Below, piece by piece: positions 61,513-64,000 of a stretch of DNA of 64,000 bases (position 1 is the first letter of the stretch; the number at the start of each line of letters is the position of its first letter). The stretch comes from a virus, in the IMG/VR virus record IMGVR_UViG_3300046115_000059, positions 1 through 64,000 of that record; one strand, given 5' to 3'. The notes beneath the pieces were generated by a model. That model ran no database searches. It was not told the origin of the DNA and was given only the letters and a program-made list of their open reading frames with translations. The translations under genes and the position numbers were made by a program.

Positions 61513-64000
61513 TCTGCTACTGCTCGCGCTGTTCTGCGCGCAGCCTGCCTTTGCACAAGTGACCGGTTCGGAACTCTCGACGGGGCAGTGCCGGATCAGT
61601 GAAGGCGCTGGATCGCCCGAGGGGCTCGTGAACGGGCACGTGTGCGATATCTATCGCGACAAAAATACGGGCGGGCTCGTGTGGCACAAACTGACCGGTG
61701 CGGATACGACGACCGGATGGGTGACGCTCGGCACTCCGGTCGGTGAAGCGCTTACGCGCACGAACGACGCGAATGTGCTGCTCACACTGACCGGAACGCC
61801 AGCCACAGCACTACTTGAAGCAGTCAACATTGAGGCAGGCTGGTCGGGACAGTTGTCGCTGGCGCGCGGTGGCACCAATGCGGCGCTGACGGCCGCGCTG
61901 GGGCAAACGGTCGTGTCGAGTGCCACAGCGCTGCAGCTCACGACGGGTGGCACCACAGGGCAGCTGCTGCGCTATAACGGCACCGGTGCGGTGGCGGGCT
62001 GGACGACGCCGGTCTATCCGAATGCTGCGGGCACCGCGGGCACGTTCATTCGCTCGAATCCACCAAATTTTGAAACCAGCACGCTGGTGCTGCCGAACGC
62101 GTCCAGCGTGAACCGGATCCCGTTTGCCACTGCAGCAAATGTGTGGGGCGATAACGCGAATCTGATTTTTACGCCGGGCACCGCGCTGCTGGGTGTGACC
62201 GGGCAAGTGGAAGCAAGCGGCTATATGGGCACGCCGGGATTCGTGTCGCGCACGATCGGCTGGCGCTGCGACAGTCTGGGCGCGTGCGACATGCGTTATC
62301 TGTTCGTGGATGAAATGCACGCGGAAATTTTTATTGCGGATCTCGAGCAGGCGCTCGCGGGCGGACAGATTATTGCGAAGTCTGTGACGGCGCTGCAGTC
62401 GACCTTTACGGCGCCAGCGGCCGGTGCGTTCAGCACGATCACGGTGAAAGATTTGCCCAGCGCGCCGGATATGCAGGTGTTTCAGTCTGGCGATATCGTG
62501 CTGGTAAAAACCTTCAACCGATCGGCTGGCAGTCTCACGATTTCAATGGCGTGCGGCACCGTGACGCTACCAGATACGACGGGTGCTGGGTTTCAAACGT
62601 GGCGCTTTACGCGGCTTAGTCCGATCGGTCCAACCAGTGACGGTGGTGCCATGACAGCAGGCGCCACGGTGGAAGCGGATTCGATCGTGTTGGATTTCGG
62701 CGTGAGCGGCAACGGCTATTACGAAGTCAGCGCGATCGATGGCATCTACGGTATCAACTCGCCCTACGCGCAGATCGTGACGTGGATCGATTCGCCATGC
62801 AATCCGGGCAAGCGCACGCTGCGTACGCGGTTCGGCAACGAACGTGGTGTGACGGCAGTAGCGAATGAATTCGGGATCATCGCAGGCACCTATGCCGCAA
62901 CCAACGGGCAGTATCTGCGCGCGACCAATGTGGCGTTCGAGCTGCACGGCATTGATATTTCGCTGTGGGATAACACGGCCAAAGTGTTCGAAGTGGCGCG
63001 CGGCACGGATGCACCTCGGCTCGGCATTGGCAATCCGCCACCGACCGCGATCAGTCAGGCCGGTATTTTCTTAGGCTGGAACACCACGAGCAATCTCGCG
63101 CAGCTGTCAGCTTACAGCAATGCGAATAATTTTCTGCTGTTCGATGGCACCAGTCTCTCGTGGAAGGGTGCGAATACCGAGCTGACGGCCGCGGGCAATT
63201 TCATCGCGGTGAATGCCACGCTGAGTGGCAACGTGACGGCGTTCACCGGCAACATTGCGAATTTCGCGCTGGCGACGAACACGATCAGCGCGACGAATCT
63301 CGTGCTGACGTCTGGTGCGGCCAACGTGGCGAATATCGCGGTGGGCACCGGGGTGAACACGTGCGGATTGAATTCGCCAGCATCCGCAAGTGATATTGGT
63401 TTCTGGTGCGGTGCCACGTTTGCGAATCGTGTCACGGCGCCGACGTGGATTACGGCGGCTGGTGTCGTGAAGTTCTCTAGTGGCACGATTGCTGGTTTCG
63501 CGATCGAGAACAATCAACTGGCGTCGCACCGTGAGCAGCCGGTTGGCGTGGACAATATCACGCTGGTTATGCGCGGCGATGTGCCCGGCAGCTCATTTGT
63601 GCAAATGACGGGCGGCACCAGTGGCACCACGAATCGAATGGGATCGTCGACGGTAACGTCAGGGGTTGCGTATTCCGCGGGCAATACGGATCCGACGCTG
63701 TCACCGTTTCGCGTGCTGTTCAATGGCAGCATGTTTGTGCAAAATCTCACGGTGGTATCCGGTGTCACGTTCAGCGGATTCACTGACGGATTTCTTACGG
63801 TCACGAGCGGCACGGTGGGTGTAGCGTCCGGTACGCCGGGCTCGGGCAGCACTAGTATTACGACGGTCGGCACGATTACGACGGGCACGTGGCATGCGGC
63901 CGTGATTCAGCCGCAATGGGGCGGCACCGGGATTTCATCGACAAGTATCGGGAGCATTCTCTCGTGGAATACCGGCACGGCCATGGCAATCACGCCACCG
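61466..64000 (+). CDS. Tail fibre or receptor-binding protein (partial; runs off the window) with signal-peptide-like N-terminus
   Basis: Frame open by hand translation from ATG 61466 (after AAGGAAG) to the window end. Recurrent GGT(N/G)...G..L...W fibre-like motifs. Confidence 0.6.
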   Translation, partial: MRSTQSMGKVIWRFVSLLLLALFCAQPAFAQVTGSELSTGQCRISEGAGSPEGLVNGHVCDIYRDKNTGGLVWHKLTGADTTTGWVTLGTPVGEALTRTNDANVLLTLTGTPATALLEAVNIEAGWSGQLSLARGGTNAALTAALGQTVVSSATALQLTTGGTTGQLLRYNGTGAVAGWTTPVYPNAAGTAGTFIRSNPPNFETSTLVLPNASSVNRIPFATAANVWGDNANLIFTPGTALLGVTGQVEASGYMGTPGFVSRTIGWRCDSLGACDMRYLFVDEMHAEIFIADLEQALAGGQIIAKSVTALQSTFTAPAAGAFSTITVKDLPSAPDMQVFQSGDIVLVKTFNRSAGSLTISMACGTVTLPDTTGAGFQTWRFTRLSPIGPTSDGGAMTAGATVEADSIVLDFGVSGNGYYEVSAIDGIYGINSPYAQIVTWIDSPCNPGKRTLRTRFGNERGVTAVANEFGIIAGTYAATNGQYLRATNVAFELHGIDISLWDNTAKVFEVARGTDAPRLGIGNPPPTAISQAGIFLGWNTTSNLAQLSAYSNANNFLLFDGTSLSWKGANTELTAAGNFIAVNATLSGNVTAFTGNIANFALATNTISATNLVLTSGAANVANIAVGTGVNTCGLNSPASASDIGFWCGATFANRVTAPTWITAAGVVKFSSGTIAGFAIENNQLASHREQPVGVDNITLVMRGDVPGSSFVQMTGGTSGTTNRMGSSTVTSGVAYSAGNTDPTLSPFRVLFNGSMFVQNLTVVSGVTFSGFTDGFLTVTSGTVGVASGTPGSGSTSITTVGTITTGTWHAAVIQPQWGGTGISSTSIGSILSWNTGTAMAITPP

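Noticed and set aside
61466-64000. Diversity-generating retroelement targeting the tail fibre.
   Set aside because: There is no reverse transcriptase and no template/variable repeat pair anywhere in the window. The recurring GGTG/GGTN motifs are protein-level fibre repeats.
1-64000. Search for tRNA, tmRNA, integrase/att sites, repressor/Cro switch, toxin-antitoxin pairs and known defence or anti-defence genes.
   Set aside because: I could find no cloverleaf with a GTTCGAATC-type T-loop, no tyrosine or serine recombinase motifs, and no divergent promoter region. Absence by eye is not proof, and these elements may lie outside the window.

Overview
The window is one contiguous, densely packed tailed-phage or prophage segment. 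Every well-supported gene is on the + strand, and many neighbours share ATGA, TAATG or GTGA start-stop overlaps.

Layout:
- 1-31 kb is an early and DNA-metabolism region. It holds three ParB-like N-terminal-domain proteins, an SNF2 helicase, an Mgm101/Rad52-type annealing protein next to a PD-(D/E)XK nuclease, RusA, two HNH-type nucleases, two papain-like cysteine peptidases and many small zinc-ribbon ORFs.
- 31-64 kb is the packaging and virion region. It holds the large terminase, DUF4031, a DNA methyltransferase, a portal fused to a Mu-F-like domain, a Mu gpI-like protease/scaffold, a DUF2190 protein, an HK97-type capsid, head-tail proteins, a tail tube, a chaperone, a 1558-aa tape measure, tail tip proteins and a tail fibre that runs off the window.
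- I could not recognise any tRNA, rRNA, CRISPR array, integrase, reverse transcriptase, repressor or classical lysis cassette.

Most notable features seen directly in the sequence:
1. Eleven copies of a near-identical promoter cassette (TTGACA-N5-TTGAAACCGAC-TATACT). The spacer block is better conserved than the -35.
2. Four cassettes place an ATG exactly at the predicted transcription start, implying leaderless mRNAs. Two more would give leaders of only 3-4 nt.
3. A 498-bp ORF-free, hairpin-rich region (12402-12899) inside the recombination/replication module. It is a candidate large structured RNA, long leader or origin.
4. A recurrent AACAGGAG Shine-Dalgarno presented in the loop of short hairpins whose arms differ between copies.
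5. Several export signals (Sec, Tat, lipoprotein) on proteins inside the virion module.

Functional calls rest on motifs recognised by eye. No database search was possible.
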